From Mantamonas sphyraenae STR306 (taxonomy: Eukaryota; Protista; CRuMs), in contig JAPMXV010000051.1 of the NCBI GenBank assembly GCA_026936335.1, positions 62,001 to 126,000 on the forward strand: a stretch of DNA of 64,000 nt, written 5' to 3'. Positions 27,565 to 39,949 of the stretch are shown piece by piece. Under the pieces are notes generated by a model. That model was not told the DNA's origin. It saw nothing but the letters and a program-made list of their open reading frames with translations, and made no database searches. The position numbers and the translations under genes are program-made. Position 1 is the first letter of the stretch; each line of letters begins with the position of its first letter.

Positions 27565-28839
27565 TCAAGTAAAGTTGCCAAAAGAGAGACCACGCTCCTT
27601 GAGCTGTGCAATGATGCCGTCGGGAAGGGAGGAGATGCGGACAAAGGGAGCGGAGCCGCCTCCGCCTGCAGCGCCGAGACCCGTGCCCGTGCGGGAAATG
27701 AAGCGGAGAGGACCGGTGTAGGTGCCAGCCTCCTCTTGCTGAGCACTACCGCCGTAGGACATCTCGGCCTGGCCGTGGGAGACGTTGCTGGTGGCGACCT
27801 GTTCGGGTTGGTTTTCGCCCCACTGCTCCTGGTAGGGGTTGTCTTCAGCGAGCTGGCTCCAGTTGTTCTGCAGCGACTTTGTCTTGTTGACAATGGTGAT
27901 GGTGAGGAAGCAGAAGAAGCCGATGATGAGCATGGGCAGGCCGAGACCGAGGCCGAGACCGAGGCCAGAGACGCCCATGCTGCTGATAGCGATGATGACA
28001 AAGAGGATCCAGTTGGCGAGCCACACCCAGCTGCTGTACTTGACGAGCTTGGGGTTGCCCTTTTTGCGGCCGAAAACAAACATGGCCACGGCAGCAGCGG
28101 CGCCGAGGAAGCCGAGGATCAACGGCGTGGATGCGCAGGAGCTGCCGTCTTCGTACGTCACCTGGCCGTTCGAGGGATAGCCTGAGGCCAGCTGACACTG
28201 GCTGCATGTCTTGCACGACGCGTCGCCATTTGTGTTGCGCGGTTTGCACACCTTGGCGTCCTCGCAGAAGCAGTTGCCGTTGGTGTTGCTGCAGGTGCAG
28301 GTGGAAGCTGAGGTGAAGGGAATCGGCCGAAAAAAGTGTGTGACGAGGGTCCGCCGACGGCCACAGAGAGGGTGTGAGCGTGCAGGAAAACGGGTGAAGG
28401 ACGCAGTGGGAGGTGTTGCATGTGTACGAGCGGGCCAAGGCGTGTGTGTGCGTCGCAAACGAGGCGTACGAGCACGTGTGGGGAATGCGCATGTTTTTGG
28501 GGGCAAGGTACCTGTGCCACAGTAGCAGTCTCCGTTGAGGTTGTTGCATGTGCAAGGCCCCGTGCCTTCACAATGCTTGTCTCTGTGTGTGGGATGCGGG
28601 GTGTTTGCAGAGAACCGCCGGGCATGGCCAAACGAGGTGTGGACGGGGGCCCAAGGTTTCCGGGAACGCGTGGTCAGGAAAGACGGCGCCGGAATGCACG
28701 GGCAGCGCACACGGCGCAGCGGCACAATGACTTACCCGGACGTGGTGTCTGTGGACGAGCCCGCTGTTGTGCCTGCAGCGTGGGCGACTGCAAACAGGGC
28801 CGCTAGCAAGAGGAATGTGAAAAGAGCGGCGCGGGACAT
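27565..28839 (-). CDS. Small Cys-rich ectodomain, 3-TM membrane protein, 3 exons
   Basis: Signal peptide MSRAALFTFLLLAALFAVAHA; repeated CTCxNxNGxCxC motif; three hydrophobic helices; GT-AG introns. Confidence 0.7.
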
Positions 28840-28886
28840 GGGGGTTTGGCCACGAGGTCGCCCTTGCAGCCAACTCAAAACGATTC

Positions 28887-30436
28887 ATGGATCCGGGACT
28901 GAGCTACGTGGCGATAGGCGCGTGTGTGCTTCTGAGTGGTGTGTTTTCAGGCTCGACGCTGGGTCTGCTGTCGCTGAGTGTGGACGAGCTGGAGCTGCTG
29001 GTGTCGACGGGAGACGAGTTGCAAAAACGGCAAGCGCAGCGCGTGTTGCCTTTGCGTCGGCGTGGAAACCTGCTCCTGGTGACGCTGCTGCTGGGCAACA
29101 CGGCAGTCAACGCAGCACTGTCGATTCTGCTGTCTGAAGTGGGCGGCGACGGACTGGCTGCGTTCCTGATGAGCACGGCACTGATCACCATCTTTGGGGA
29201 GATTGGGCCGCAGGCGTCGTTCTCGCGGCACGCGCTCAAGGTGGGCTACTACGTGGTGCCACTGGTGTGGGTGTTTGTGGTGCTTATGTTCCCCATTGCT
29301 GTCATCATTGCATGGGCTCTGGACAGACTCCTGGGCGAGGAGATGCCCACGGCGTTCTCGCGCAAGGAGTTTGAAGGCCTGATCCGGCAACAGATCATGA
29401 ACGACGATTCGGAACTGACGGAAACAGACGCAGCGTTCCTCAAGGGTGCCCTTTGGTTCTCCAGCACCAAGGTACGCAGTGTGATGACGCCCATCGAAGA
29501 CGCATATGTGTTGGACGTGAACGCCGTGATCAACTTTGACACTCTGGCCGACATTGTCAAGCGCGGCTTTTCCCGCATTCCCGTGGTCGACCCGGACGAA
29601 GCTGGAAAATGTGTGGGTTTGCTGCTCGTCAAAGATTTGATCCTGTTGAACTCGGACGGGCGATTGCCGTTGCGGACGTTTATGAAGGTACGTGAGTGGT
29701 GTGAAGTGTGAGGCGAGAAGGTGTTGGCTGACACGGAAGGGGCGGTTCACGCTGTGTGCTGGCGCTGCTGGGTGCATCTGGGTAGGTTTGTGGCACAGCT
29801 GTGCACTATATTCAGCAGAGCACGCCGTTGACGGCGGCGCTGCAAAAGTTTCAAGACACACACTCGCACTTGCAGCTGGTACAGAACCAGCAAGGAATGA
29901 CGGTGGGGCTTGTGACGCTGGAGGATGTGATCGAGTCGCTGCTGAACAGGGAGATCTACGACGAGTACGACGACATGGGCACGCTGGTGCGCCAGGGAGT
30001 GGTCAAGACACCCAGCAAGATGGTGGACAAGGCATCGACGGCGCCGGCTGTGGAACGCAATGCGAGCACGTTCTCGCGGCCCAAGAAGAACAGCCTGTCG
30101 CGCACGGCGACGGCGCTTCAGGATTTGGCCAATGTCAAGGCGATCTTTGGCTCGCACGACAAGGAGGAGCTGAAGGAAATCCAGGCGTTGTTTGCGTCGA
30201 GGGACGGCGAACACAGGGAACAGATTACGGTGAATGTGCTGGATGTGCAGCAGGATGCAGGCAGCAATGACGGCACGACGACAACGAGCAGCTCCAGCTC
30301 CAACGGCATCGATTCCGACGCAGACACTGTCGTGGATGAGGAAGATGAAGAGGGTGGAGGAGTGGGAGCGATGGAGGTGGAGGTGGAGGTGGAGGTGGAG
30401 GTGGAGGTGGAAGAGGAAGGGGAGCGCTCGGTTTGA
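28887..30436 (+). CDS. CNNM/DUF21 + CBS-pair metal (Mg2+) transporter (MAM3-like), 2 exons
   Basis: SGVFSGSTLGLLSL, GNLLLVTLLLGNTAVN, IFGEIGPQA, VMTPIED, GFSRIPV, GLVTLEDVIESLLNREIYDEYD; intron 29688-29784 (GTACGT..TAG). Confidence 0.93.
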
Positions 30437-30471
30437 ACGGGACGATTGAATTGATTGTTGGATCGTTTTTT

Positions 30472-30474
<3 letters not shown>

Positions 30475-30507
<33 letters not shown>
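30475..30507. repeat. (CT)n microsatellite
   Basis: Seen directly in the sequence. Confidence 0.95.
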
Positions 30508-30510
<3 letters not shown>

Positions 30511-30549
30511 GAAGGTTCATGCATGACATGGGCATGGTGATGAATCTCT

Positions 30550-31139
30550 GTGGTGCTGTGTGCGAACGAGGAAGCAAGGCAAAGAGTGTTGGGCTCAGAA
30601 ATGTCGCGACGGTTCCGCATCGAGGAATGTTCGATGCCCGGAAGTCTCGGGTATGACCGTGCAGAGTGTCTTGCCATCCCGTTGGCTGTGGGAGTGCTGG
30701 GGTCTGTGTTGGCCGGCGTGCTGTACGGCGGAGGGATTGCAGGCCGGCGCAAGGGCTTGCGTCGGGCCGGACTGTTTTTGTGTGGATGCTGAATTGGGCT
30801 GTGTTTGCACTTTTGAGCGTGGCGGTGCGTGCAGAGGACGGAGTGGCGATGGGTCTGGGCCTGGGTTTGAGCATGATGCTTGTGGGCAGCCTGCGGTGCA
30901 GAATGGATGTGGAGGACGGGTTGTTTGGCGAGCCCAAGGAGGCGTACATGACACAGACACGCTCTGCAGGCGGAAGCAAGTACCAGCCGCCGGGGGCAGA
31001 GGCGGAGAGTGTGGGTGAGGAGATCGAGGAAGAGGACGAGGACGAGGAAGAGGAAGCCATGGCGCGCGACGAGGAGGCGCAGCTTCATGCAGAGGGAGAC
31101 GATGCAGACGACGTGGGGCTTGTGGAAAAGGCGTATTAA
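30550..31139 (+). CDS. Small 3-TM protein with acidic tail; diverged paralogue of 27565-28839 (start uncertain)
   Basis: ORFs 30550-30792 and 30666-31139 join at the T-run 30775-30779. Shares PL..G.LG, VW..NW and GLGLGL.M..IG/VG motifs with 27565-28839. Confidence 0.6.
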
Positions 31140-31269
31140 GCAGTAAAATGGGCATTCATGTGATGGGGGGCATGTGGGCGTTAGTTGGATGAAGGGTGAG
31201 GAGGTCGGGGCAGAAAAAGAAGAGGGGCGGCGGCCGCTTCGCCAACTTTTCACGTTTTTGGGCCGAGGC

Positions 31270-33459
31270 ATGAGTGAACGCGAAGCGAAGCAGTGGCATC
31301 TAGAGGTGGAGGAGGGAAGGCAGGTGTGGAAGTTGGTGGATGCGTCGGAGTGCACGTATGCAGACCGGCACTTTGTGACGCAGAACGAGGACAAGGGGGA
31401 GGTGGTGGAAGGCGTCACACCGTCGCTGGCCGAAAATGCAAGCGACCTGGAAGCCCTGCGTGCAGCGATTGGATTCTACGAAGCAATCCAACTGGAAGAC
31501 GGCCATTGGGGCGGGGATTATGGTGGGCCGATGTTTCTGATGCCAGGGATGGTGATTACGCTGTACGTGACGGGCACCAAGTTGCCCGAGGAGTACGGCG
31601 CGGCCATGGTGACGTATCTTCGCAACCTGCAGCGAGAGGACGGCGGATGGGGCATCCACGTGGAGAGCGAAAGCACGGTGTTTGGTACGGTGCTGAGCTA
31701 CGTGGCGCTGCGTCTGCTGGGAGTGCCAGCAAGCGACGCGTGTGCGCGACGCGGACGTGCGTGGATCAAGTCGCAGCCGGGCGGGGCGCTGGGCATTCCG
31801 TCGTGGGGCAAGTTTTGGTTGGCAGCAGCCAATCTGTATGAGTACGAAGGGCTGAATCCGATCACGCCGGAGCTGTGGTTGCTGCCGTACAACTTTCCGG
31901 TGCACGTGCACCCCGGGCGATGGTGGTGTCACTGCAGGGTTGTGTACTTGCCCATGAGCTACTGCTACGGGGCTCGTGTCAAGGCGACGCTGGACGACAC
32001 GCTGCGTGCGCTGCGTGAAGAGCTGTACACGCAGGCGTACGAGGAGATTGCCTGGTCGTCGCAGCGGTTCAACGTGTCCTCGCTGGACATGTACACGCCG
32101 CACACGACGACCATGAAGACACTGTTCAACCTGTGCTGGGCCTACGAAAAGGTGGCGCCGCGATGGCTGCGTGAAAAGAGTCTGGAGGAGACGATCGACC
32201 ACATCCACCACGAGGACGAGACGACCAAGTATATCGACATCGGGCCGGTGAACAAGGTGATCAACATGCTGAGTGTGTGGCACTACGACGGTGCGGATAG
32301 CGAGCGGTTCAAGAAGCACCAGGAACGGCTGCTGGACTACCTGTGGATGGCCGAGGATGGGATGAAGATGCAGGGGTACAACGGCTCGCAGCTGTGGGAC
32401 ACGGCGTTTGCGGCGCAGGCTATCTGCGAAAGCGGGCTGGCAGGCGAGTTTGCGTCGTGTCTGCGTAACGCACACGACTATGTGGATCTGTCGCAGGTGC
32501 GCGGAGACGTGGACCAGCGGGAGAAGTACTATCGGCACGCATCCAAGGGTGGATGGCCGTTTAGCACACGCGATCACGGCTGGCCGATCACAGACTGCAC
32601 CGCAGAGGGGATGAAGTGTGCGCTGTCGATGCGAGAGACCGGTGTGGTGAGCAAACCGATCGCGTACGAGCGGCTGTGCGACGCAGCAGACTTGTTGCTG
32701 GGCTACCAGAACGAGGACGGCGGGTTTGCAACGTACGAGCTGACGCGTGCCTCGCGCCTGCTGGAGCTGATCAACCCAAGCGAGGTGTTTGGAGACATCA
32801 TGATTGACTACTCGTACACAGAGTGCAGCAGCGCAAGCGCACAGGCGCTGATGAAGTTTAGCGAGCACGTGCCGGACTACCGTAGCGAGGAGATTGCAAG
32901 TGCGGTGGAGCGTGCGATTGCATGCATCAAGGGCAAACAACGCGACGATGGGTCGTGGTACGGGTCGTGGGGCGTGTGCTTCACGTACGGCACGTGGTTT
33001 GGTGTGGAGGCGCTGGTGGCACACCACAAGTGGAGCGGAGGCAAGGGATCGCCGTACGAAGAGATCCCCGAGGTGCGCAAAGCGTGCATGTTTCTGGTGG
33101 GCAAGCAGATGGCAGACGGCGGATGGGGCGAGACGTTCCGGTCGTGCGTAGACAAGGTGTGGTCGCAGAACAGCAAGTCACAGGTGGTCAACACGTCGTG
33201 GGCCGTGTTGGCGTTGATGAAGGCGCAGTTCCCGCTCAAGGCGAGTGTGGAGGCAGGGATTCGGCTGATCCGCAGTCGGCAGCTGGCCAACGGCGATTTC
33301 CGCCAAGAGGACATCTCCGGTGTGTTTAACGCCAACTGCATGATCAGCTACACCAACTACCGGAATATTTTCACCATCTGGGCACTGGGGGTGTGGCAGG
33401 AGTACCGGTTGATGGATGTGAAGGGGGAAGGCAAGCTTGGGGGGAAGGCCCGCCTGTAG
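31270..33459 (+). CDS. CAS1: Oxidosqualene cyclase, cycloartenol synthase type
   Basis: DGHWGGDYGGPMF, QW repeats, WWCHCR, MQGYNGSQLWD and DHGWPITDCTAEG. The Tyr/His/Ile residues correspond to Arabidopsis CAS1 Y410/H477/I481. Intronless. Confidence 0.93.
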   Translation: MSEREAKQWHLEVEEGRQVWKLVDASECTYADRHFVTQNEDKGEVVEGVTPSLAENASDLEALRAAIGFYEAIQLEDGHWGGDYGGPMFLMPGMVITLYVTGTKLPEEYGAAMVTYLRNLQREDGGWGIHVESESTVFGTVLSYVALRLLGVPASDACARRGRAWIKSQPGGALGIPSWGKFWLAAANLYEYEGLNPITPELWLLPYNFPVHVHPGRWWCHCRVVYLPMSYCYGARVKATLDDTLRALREELYTQAYEEIAWSSQRFNVSSLDMYTPHTTTMKTLFNLCWAYEKVAPRWLREKSLEETIDHIHHEDETTKYIDIGPVNKVINMLSVWHYDGADSERFKKHQERLLDYLWMAEDGMKMQGYNGSQLWDTAFAAQAICESGLAGEFASCLRNAHDYVDLSQVRGDVDQREKYYRHASKGGWPFSTRDHGWPITDCTAEGMKCALSMRETGVVSKPIAYERLCDAADLLLGYQNEDGGFATYELTRASRLLELINPSEVFGDIMIDYSYTECSSASAQALMKFSEHVPDYRSEEIASAVERAIACIKGKQRDDGSWYGSWGVCFTYGTWFGVEALVAHHKWSGGKGSPYEEIPEVRKACMFLVGKQMADGGWGETFRSCVDKVWSQNSKSQVVNTSWAVLALMKAQFPLKASVEAGIRLIRSRQLANGDFRQEDISGVFNANCMISYTNYRNIFTIWALGVWQEYRLMDVKGEGKLGGKARL

Positions 33460-33490
33460 AGGAGTGTGTGAGAGAGAGTTGAGATGAGGT

Positions 33491-34760
33491 TTATGAGGAT
33501 GAGGAGGAGGAGGATGAGGAGGAGGAGGATGAAGGCTGGTCGTCGTCTTCGTAGGCAATTTGGGGCTTGGGTTTGGGCTTTGTCTTGCGGGCGTTGGCGC
33601 GAAAGGCCTTGCCTTTGATGGCATGCATGCCTTGGCCAGAGTTGAGGCCGTCGAGGAGGACACACGCCTGGCAGAGGCGTTGGGAGGTCATGTAGCCGCA
33701 TCGTTCGCATTCGCCTTGAACGGGCATCTTTGTTTGGAGATCAAAGTGGAGGTTTTCGCCGGCGTGGATGACGTCGAGGACGACAGAGGGGCTGATGAGC
33801 TCAAGGCGTTGGAGAAGCTCACGCGGGTGGTGGCGAAAGGCCTCTGGGGCATAGGTGCATTCGACACTGTGGTACGTGAGCTTCTTCCAGTGTGCGTACA
33901 GCACAATCTCCTTCTGGGCAGTATACTTGAACGGCTTGCATCGTGGAATCGAACCCTCGACGCCTGTCGTGATGGCTGTGGAACGGCGGAGGCGGGCGAC
34001 GTCTCCACGCAGGACTGCGGTAGGACAGGGGGTGAGTGAAGATTCGTTGGGCGGCGGGAACGGTGGGCAACGGGCGACGGGCGTACGGTTCATGATGATG
34101 GTTTCGGCCATGTCTTCGGCGTTGTGGCCAGTGACGATTTTGTCGACGTTGAGGAGGGCGGCGCCACGGTCGAGAGCCTGGCGGCGGAAAACGCCGCAGA
34201 ATGTACCTGATTTCGGCGAATGGAGGGGCGGGAGGGGAGTTAGAAGAACGGGGGGGAGGAGGGAAGGAGAGAATGAGGAAGGAGACGGGTTGGGAAAGAG
34301 GGGAAGGGGGGGGGGTATTGCCGCTTGGGGGTTGCGTACAGTTGTTCTTGAGGCCGATCTGGGCGACAATTTCGTCCATGGTCCAGCCGTAGAGATCCTG
34401 GTAGCTGAGGATCTTGAGTGGGAGGCCGTACTCTTGTTCGTTGAGTTTGACGGTGTCGAGAGAATCGTCGCGGTAGCCGGCAATGCCCTCGTCGATGGAG
34501 AGGAGAAAGAGATCGAGTCCGTAGTCGTGGCGCTGGTTGAGGACGTTCATGACGTACGCAAGGACGGTGGAGTCTTTGCCACCGGAAGCGCCAATGGCCA
34601 CCTTTTCCCCTCGGTGAAACAGCTTGTTTGCCACAATGGTCTCGTGGACCTCGTCCTCAAAGGCCCTGTAGAAGCAGTCGCGGCAGACCAGCTGGCTGTT
34701 GCGTTGGCGCTTGCACACGGCGTTGTTTTCGCCACACAGCTGACACTTGACACGACCCAT
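33491..34760 (-). CDS. CTU1: Cytoplasmic tRNA 2-thiolation protein 1 (Ncs6/CTU1), 3 exons
   Basis: PP-loop [32 protein letters not shown]|[27 protein letters not shown]-terminal CERCGY..LCQAC. Confidence 0.95.
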
Positions 34761-34859
34761 ACTTTGTGGACAGAGGGTTGGGTGGGGTTGGGTGGGGAGG
34801 GAATGAAGGGAGTGTTGGTGTCGATGCGGTGGACCACCAAACGCAAGCGAAGGCCCAGC

Positions 34860-37800
34860 ATGGAAGACTTGAAGTACATCATGACGGCCGGGGCGAAGAA
34901 GGTGGTGACGGGTGTGTTGAATCGCAACCTGGGTCGGTATCTGGATGGGAAGCTACAGGGATTCCAGTTGGACGACGACTTGAGCCGGCTGCAGCATCTG
35001 AAGCTGGACACACGGACACTGAACAGCATGACGGGGTAGGTTGGGGCCAGCGAGACGGATGTGGGGGGAGGGGGGCTGGATGGGATGATGGCGTGGAGGG
35101 TTAGGCGTGGGATGTGGGCGAGGGGGAAGGGGGAAGAAAGGATGGGCAGCGGACTCATTTTTGGTGCGTTTGCTGCCAACGCACAACAGGCTTCCGCTAC
35201 GATTCGAGTCTGCGTCGATACGGGACGTGTACTTTGAAAACAGCCTGACCAAGGTGTTGTTTGGGACGATGCCGTTGAATCTGTCGCTGGCTGGTGTCAA
35301 TGTGAGCCTGAGTTCGGAAGGAGGGGCGGCGGAGGAGAGTGCGGCGGAGAAAGAGGCGGTGGAAGCGGCGGCGGCGGCGGCGCAGGAGACCGAAGCGGAG
35401 GACGGGTTTACACTGCTGTCGCACAGCGACCAGCACAGGGAACAGCTGGCAAACAATGTGCAGGACCTGGCGAGCTCCATGACGCTGGAGGAGAACCCGT
35501 TTGACTTTTCACAGGACGAGGACGAGGAGGAAGAAGGGCAGCTGGGCTCGAATGACGTCGGCGTGCGACGTCGCGAGGTGGCACAGGACATGGCGGCGCA
35601 GGACAGGGAACAAATTGCAGCCAAGCTGGACAGCATCATTGCGTCTGCGTCTGTGACGATGATGGACGTGAGCGTACGTCTGGACGAGCGGCTGGAGGTG
35701 CGTGTGGGACGCGTGGAGTACCGGCCTCACCAGGTGGACTTTGCAGGCGTGGAGGTGCTGCTGGACGGCGCTGTGGTGCTGAGCACAGGACAGGACGAGG
35801 ATAGTGTGCGTGTGCACAGCGACACAACGTTGTCTGTACTGGTGCAGGTGGAACGGCTGACAATGGCGCTGGAGCCTGGCCAGGCGGTGACGCTGATGGG
35901 ACTGGTGCAGCGCATCCAGGAGAGGCTGGCACAGTCGCACAAGCGAGCGGGGGAGGATGAGGGTGGGACGGAGAGACAAGGGACGCATGGGCAAAGGGAG
36001 GAGACTGAAGCGCAGCGGAGGGGCGAACCAGACATGGCTGTGCAGGTGCATATCAAGCACGTGCGGTGCATCAGTGGAGAATTTGTGCTGGAAATGGCGC
36101 CTCTGGTGCTTGGCAATGAGCTTGTGTATGGCAAGAAGAGCATCAGCACGGCGATTGTGTACAAAGTGGAGCTGAGGCGAGGGGCGTTGCGGCTGCTGGA
36201 GATGGGCTCTGCGCAGCAGTCGAGTGTGCGTGTAACGGTGGCGTCGCGTGTGAGGCTTGTGTTGGGTGCGCCCGTGAATGTGACCGTGGACGGTGGGAGC
36301 GTGGGCGTGCTGCTGGCATTTGTAAATTCGTGGTTGGATGTGGTGGGAGGCGATGGGCTGGACGAGGCGGACGCAGGCGTGCACGTGGATGAGGAACAGG
36401 AGGAGGAAGAAGACGAGGAGGAGGAGGAGGAGAGGGAGCTGGAGGTGCCAAAGCTGACGTTGACGCTGCTGTTTGCACATCCGGGAGGCGGGGACGAGTG
36501 GCGGAAGGAGCGGATGCGTGTGGAGATGGGGCCGACGATGGTGCGCAGTGTGCGTGAGCGCGGCGGAAGGCGGATGGTGTGGTTGGAGGCGCGAGAGACA
36601 CAGGTGTGGCTGCAGATTGGGACGGTGCACAGGGAGCTTGCAAGCGCAACGAAGGAGCCGCTTGTGGTGCAGCTGTGCATGCAGGAGGCACCCATCCACG
36701 AGCGTGTGATCAAGGCAGGAGCAGCACAGAAGGGATGGGCGGCGGAAGAGGATGGAGGAGGGGACAGCGGCGGGTATGTGCCTGTGTCGCGGCGGTCGCG
36801 ATCGGACACGATCTCCAACGACGACGCAGGGTCCGAGTCGAGCGAAGAGGAGGGCCGGGAGAAGGGAGGATACGCACGGACGGACGTGGACATGTTGCAG
36901 ATGCTTGCAGAGAGTGATCTGCGAGACAGGCACCAGGCCGGGCTGGTGACGAGCATGTTTCGGCAAGTGGCGGGACTGGCGGTGCATGTGGAGGCGCGTC
37001 GGCTGTCGGTGACGCTGGAACGGCATGAGTACGACCTGGTGCGTGAGTTGATGGGGTCGTTTGTGGCAGACAGCAGTGTGGTGGTTGCGGGAGGAGAGGG
37101 AGAAGAGGGGGTGGACGAGGAGGAGGACGAGGTGGAAGAGGTGGAGGTGGAGAACGACATGATGCAGATGAGTTTGATGGGGGCGTCGCTGATGATGGAC
37201 GACGGAGACATGTGGGACGGGGAGGACGATGACGAGGAGGAGTGGGAGGAGGCCGGGGACACGGAAGGGGAGAGCCTGAGCATGTACGAGAGCGCACGGG
37301 AGGACAATGCGTGGATGCTGCTGAGCACAAAGATGGCAAAGCGAAGCGAACTGATTGAGAAGCAACTGCTGAGCAGGTGGGCGCAGGCGCAGTGTGCAAA
37401 GGGCAAGGTGGTGAGAAAGGCACAGCATCCTGTGTTTTTCCAGCTTGCGGTGAGCGAGGTGAGCGTGAGTTTGTCGTACGAAGAGATGCGCGAGGAGGAG
37501 GGGGAGTTTGAGACTGTGTTTCACTACCTGGGAGAGCTGAGCGGAGAGGTGACGTCGATGCAGAGCAGATACCAGGATGTGGAGGCCAAGGCGGAGGGGG
37601 CGTGGCAGGAGGTGTCGCATGTGCTGGTTGCGCTGAGCCGTGTGCGGCTGACGGACTTTGTGGTGGGCAACGGGGTGGGCACGCGTGTGTTGCTGGAGAA
37701 CACGGCGCACGCAGAGATGGCGGATCAGTATGCGCTGGCGCTTGTGTTTGGGCCGGATCGGTCTGTGTACAGTTTGAACACGGTGACGGTGGCGTTGGAG

Positions 37801-39919
37801 TTGAACAGTGGGGTGGTGGGGAATCTGATGCGGTGGTTTGGCAAGCGAGACGGAGGGGAGGAAGAGGCGGAGGAGCAGGAGGGAGAAGAGGAGGAGACTG
37901 GCAAAGAGACGCATGTGGACTTGACCAACGTGAGCGTGGACTATGATCCGCAAAGGCAGCCTGGGCGGCTGGTGGTGGTGCTTCCAGGTGCACAGATTGT
38001 GATTGGGGTGGACGGGGTGGTGCGTGTGGAGGTGGGGCCGCTGTATGTGCTTGTGGCCGGGAGCAAGGAGCTGGGGCCGACGGATGGCGGGCGCCACAAC
38101 GTAGAGTATGTGAGCGAGGAAGAGGAGGAGGGAAGTGCGCTGGCAGGGTATGTGGGCCACAAGGACACGGTGCTTGTGCGAGACAGGGATGCGGAGCGAG
38201 AGCCTGCGCGGTGCAATCACTGCCGAAGGATAGGACACAGCGAGGAACGGTGTCCGGACGGATCCAAGGAGCGTGTGATGTTTCGTTGCAAGGTGTGTCA
38301 CGGGCCGGAGCATGTGGGTCTGGAAGCGTGTCCGCTGCAGTGCGGACTGTGCAAGTTGGCACACACGGACGGGGCGGAGTGCAGGGAGAGGCGGCGGCTG
38401 CTGGTGTATTTGTGGGCGTGGCGAGGGATGGTGCCTGTGGTGAGCGTGCAGGGACTTGCGGTGGAGGCAGCGCGTGGGAGCGAGGGCGGGCCGTGGCAAG
38501 TGTCCTTTGCCGGGCCATGCCAAGGTGGTTGTGAGTGCGACGGCGGCGCAGTTCTCGTGGCTGCTGAACCTGTACTTCCACCTGAGCGGGATGCAGGATT
38601 TGGTGGAAGCAGAGGTTGCGTCCAAGCGGAGGGTGAGGCGGCGAAGGTGGCGTGGCGGGAGCAAGGTGAAGCCGCTGATGATGGTGATTACAAACGACCA
38701 CGAAAACCTGGGCATGCGTGTGGAGGAGGAGCTGGAGTATGGCGGGCGTGTGGAACGGCGGCCGATGATGTTTGGGCGTCGGCGAGACGTGGGAGGGCGG
38801 TCGGACATGAGTGTGGGGGACTACAGCGTGGTGGTTGTGCCGGAAGGGGGCCAGGCTGTGGACGTGGGCGCGCTGATTACGGAGGACTACCAGGGACAGG
38901 TGGAAGAGCTTGTGCGTGAGGCTGCGGAGGAGCAGCTGGGCAGCCGAGGAGGAGGGGCAGGGAGTGTGCAGGGCGAGGTGTTGAGTGCAGAGGAGGAAGC
39001 GCTGATGGAGGCGAGTGTGCACACGTTGGTGGAGGGAGAGAGTGCATCGTTCAACCTGGACGACGTGGTGGTCCGGGAGGAGTATTTGGGTGAAGATGAA
39101 GGGAGTGGGGTGGCTGTGGAGTCGCACGTGGGCTCACTGAGCGTGAGCTTGCGTCTGAGCAACGGAGAGGACACACAGGAGCTTGTGGTGAGGCTGCTGG
39201 ACATCGGGCTGCGGCGATTGGACTTTGACGGGAGCCTGCGGGGCGGGTACCGTTCGAATGTGCACTTTGGGGAGGTGAGCGTGAGCATGGAACCGCTGAG
39301 CGTGCGTGGACGGGAACGTTTCCTGGTGGGAGAGCGGAAGGAGGTGCTTGTGCGTACGCAGCGGACGGAGATTGAGCTGGACGTACGGCCAGCGGTGGAC
39401 GGGGTGGACGAGGAGCAGATCAGCGGTCGGTACTCGTTGCAGGTTGCTGTGTTGCCTGTGCACGTGGTGCTGAGCACAAAGGGTACGGTGCATTGGGTGC
39501 GTGCGTGGCTGAGCGAGTTGGCGCTGGATGCGGCAGCGCAGGTTCCGTTTGTGGAGGTGATGCGAGTCGGGGTGTTGAAGCTGGTGGTGACGGATCCGGG
39601 CCTGCTGTTCAAGCTGGGAATGGAGGAGCTGCGTGCAAACGGGCTGAAGGGAGCCGGGACGCTGTTTAAGCTGAAGGAGAGCGAGTTTGAGATGAGTCGT
39701 GTGCGTGTCGGGGATTGTGTGGGCTGGGATGAAGCGGTGGAGCAGGTGAGCCGTGCGTACTTGCCCGAGCTGGTGCCACAGCTGGTGGGGGAGTATGCGG
39801 CGCAGGTGGAGCCTGTGGCACGTGCGTTGGATGGGGTGGAGGTGGTAAAGGGGTTTGTGGGGGGAGTGATGCGTGGCGTGATGGATGGGGCAGGGGTGGT
39901 GAGTAGGGTGTGGAAGTGA
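34860..39919 (+). CDS. ATG2: ATG2-like bridge lipid-transfer protein with inserted CCHC zinc knuckles
   Basis: Chorein-N-like start ([20 protein letters not shown]|LPL); DYDP..PGRLVV; C-terminal [23 protein letters not shown]. Intron ~35036-35189; frame change at ~38506. Confidence 0.68.
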
Positions 39920-39949
39920 TGCGGCAACCAACAGGAAAACAAAGGATGT

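Noticed and set aside
38205-38385. Retrotransposon gag remnant
   Set aside because: No protease, RT, integrase or LTRs nearby; the knuckles are in frame in the host protein.
915-38510. Euplotes-style widespread programmed frameshifting
   Set aside because: No shared stop-codon context, mixed +1/-1 directions, and association with + strand T-runs regardless of gene strand favour sequencing error.
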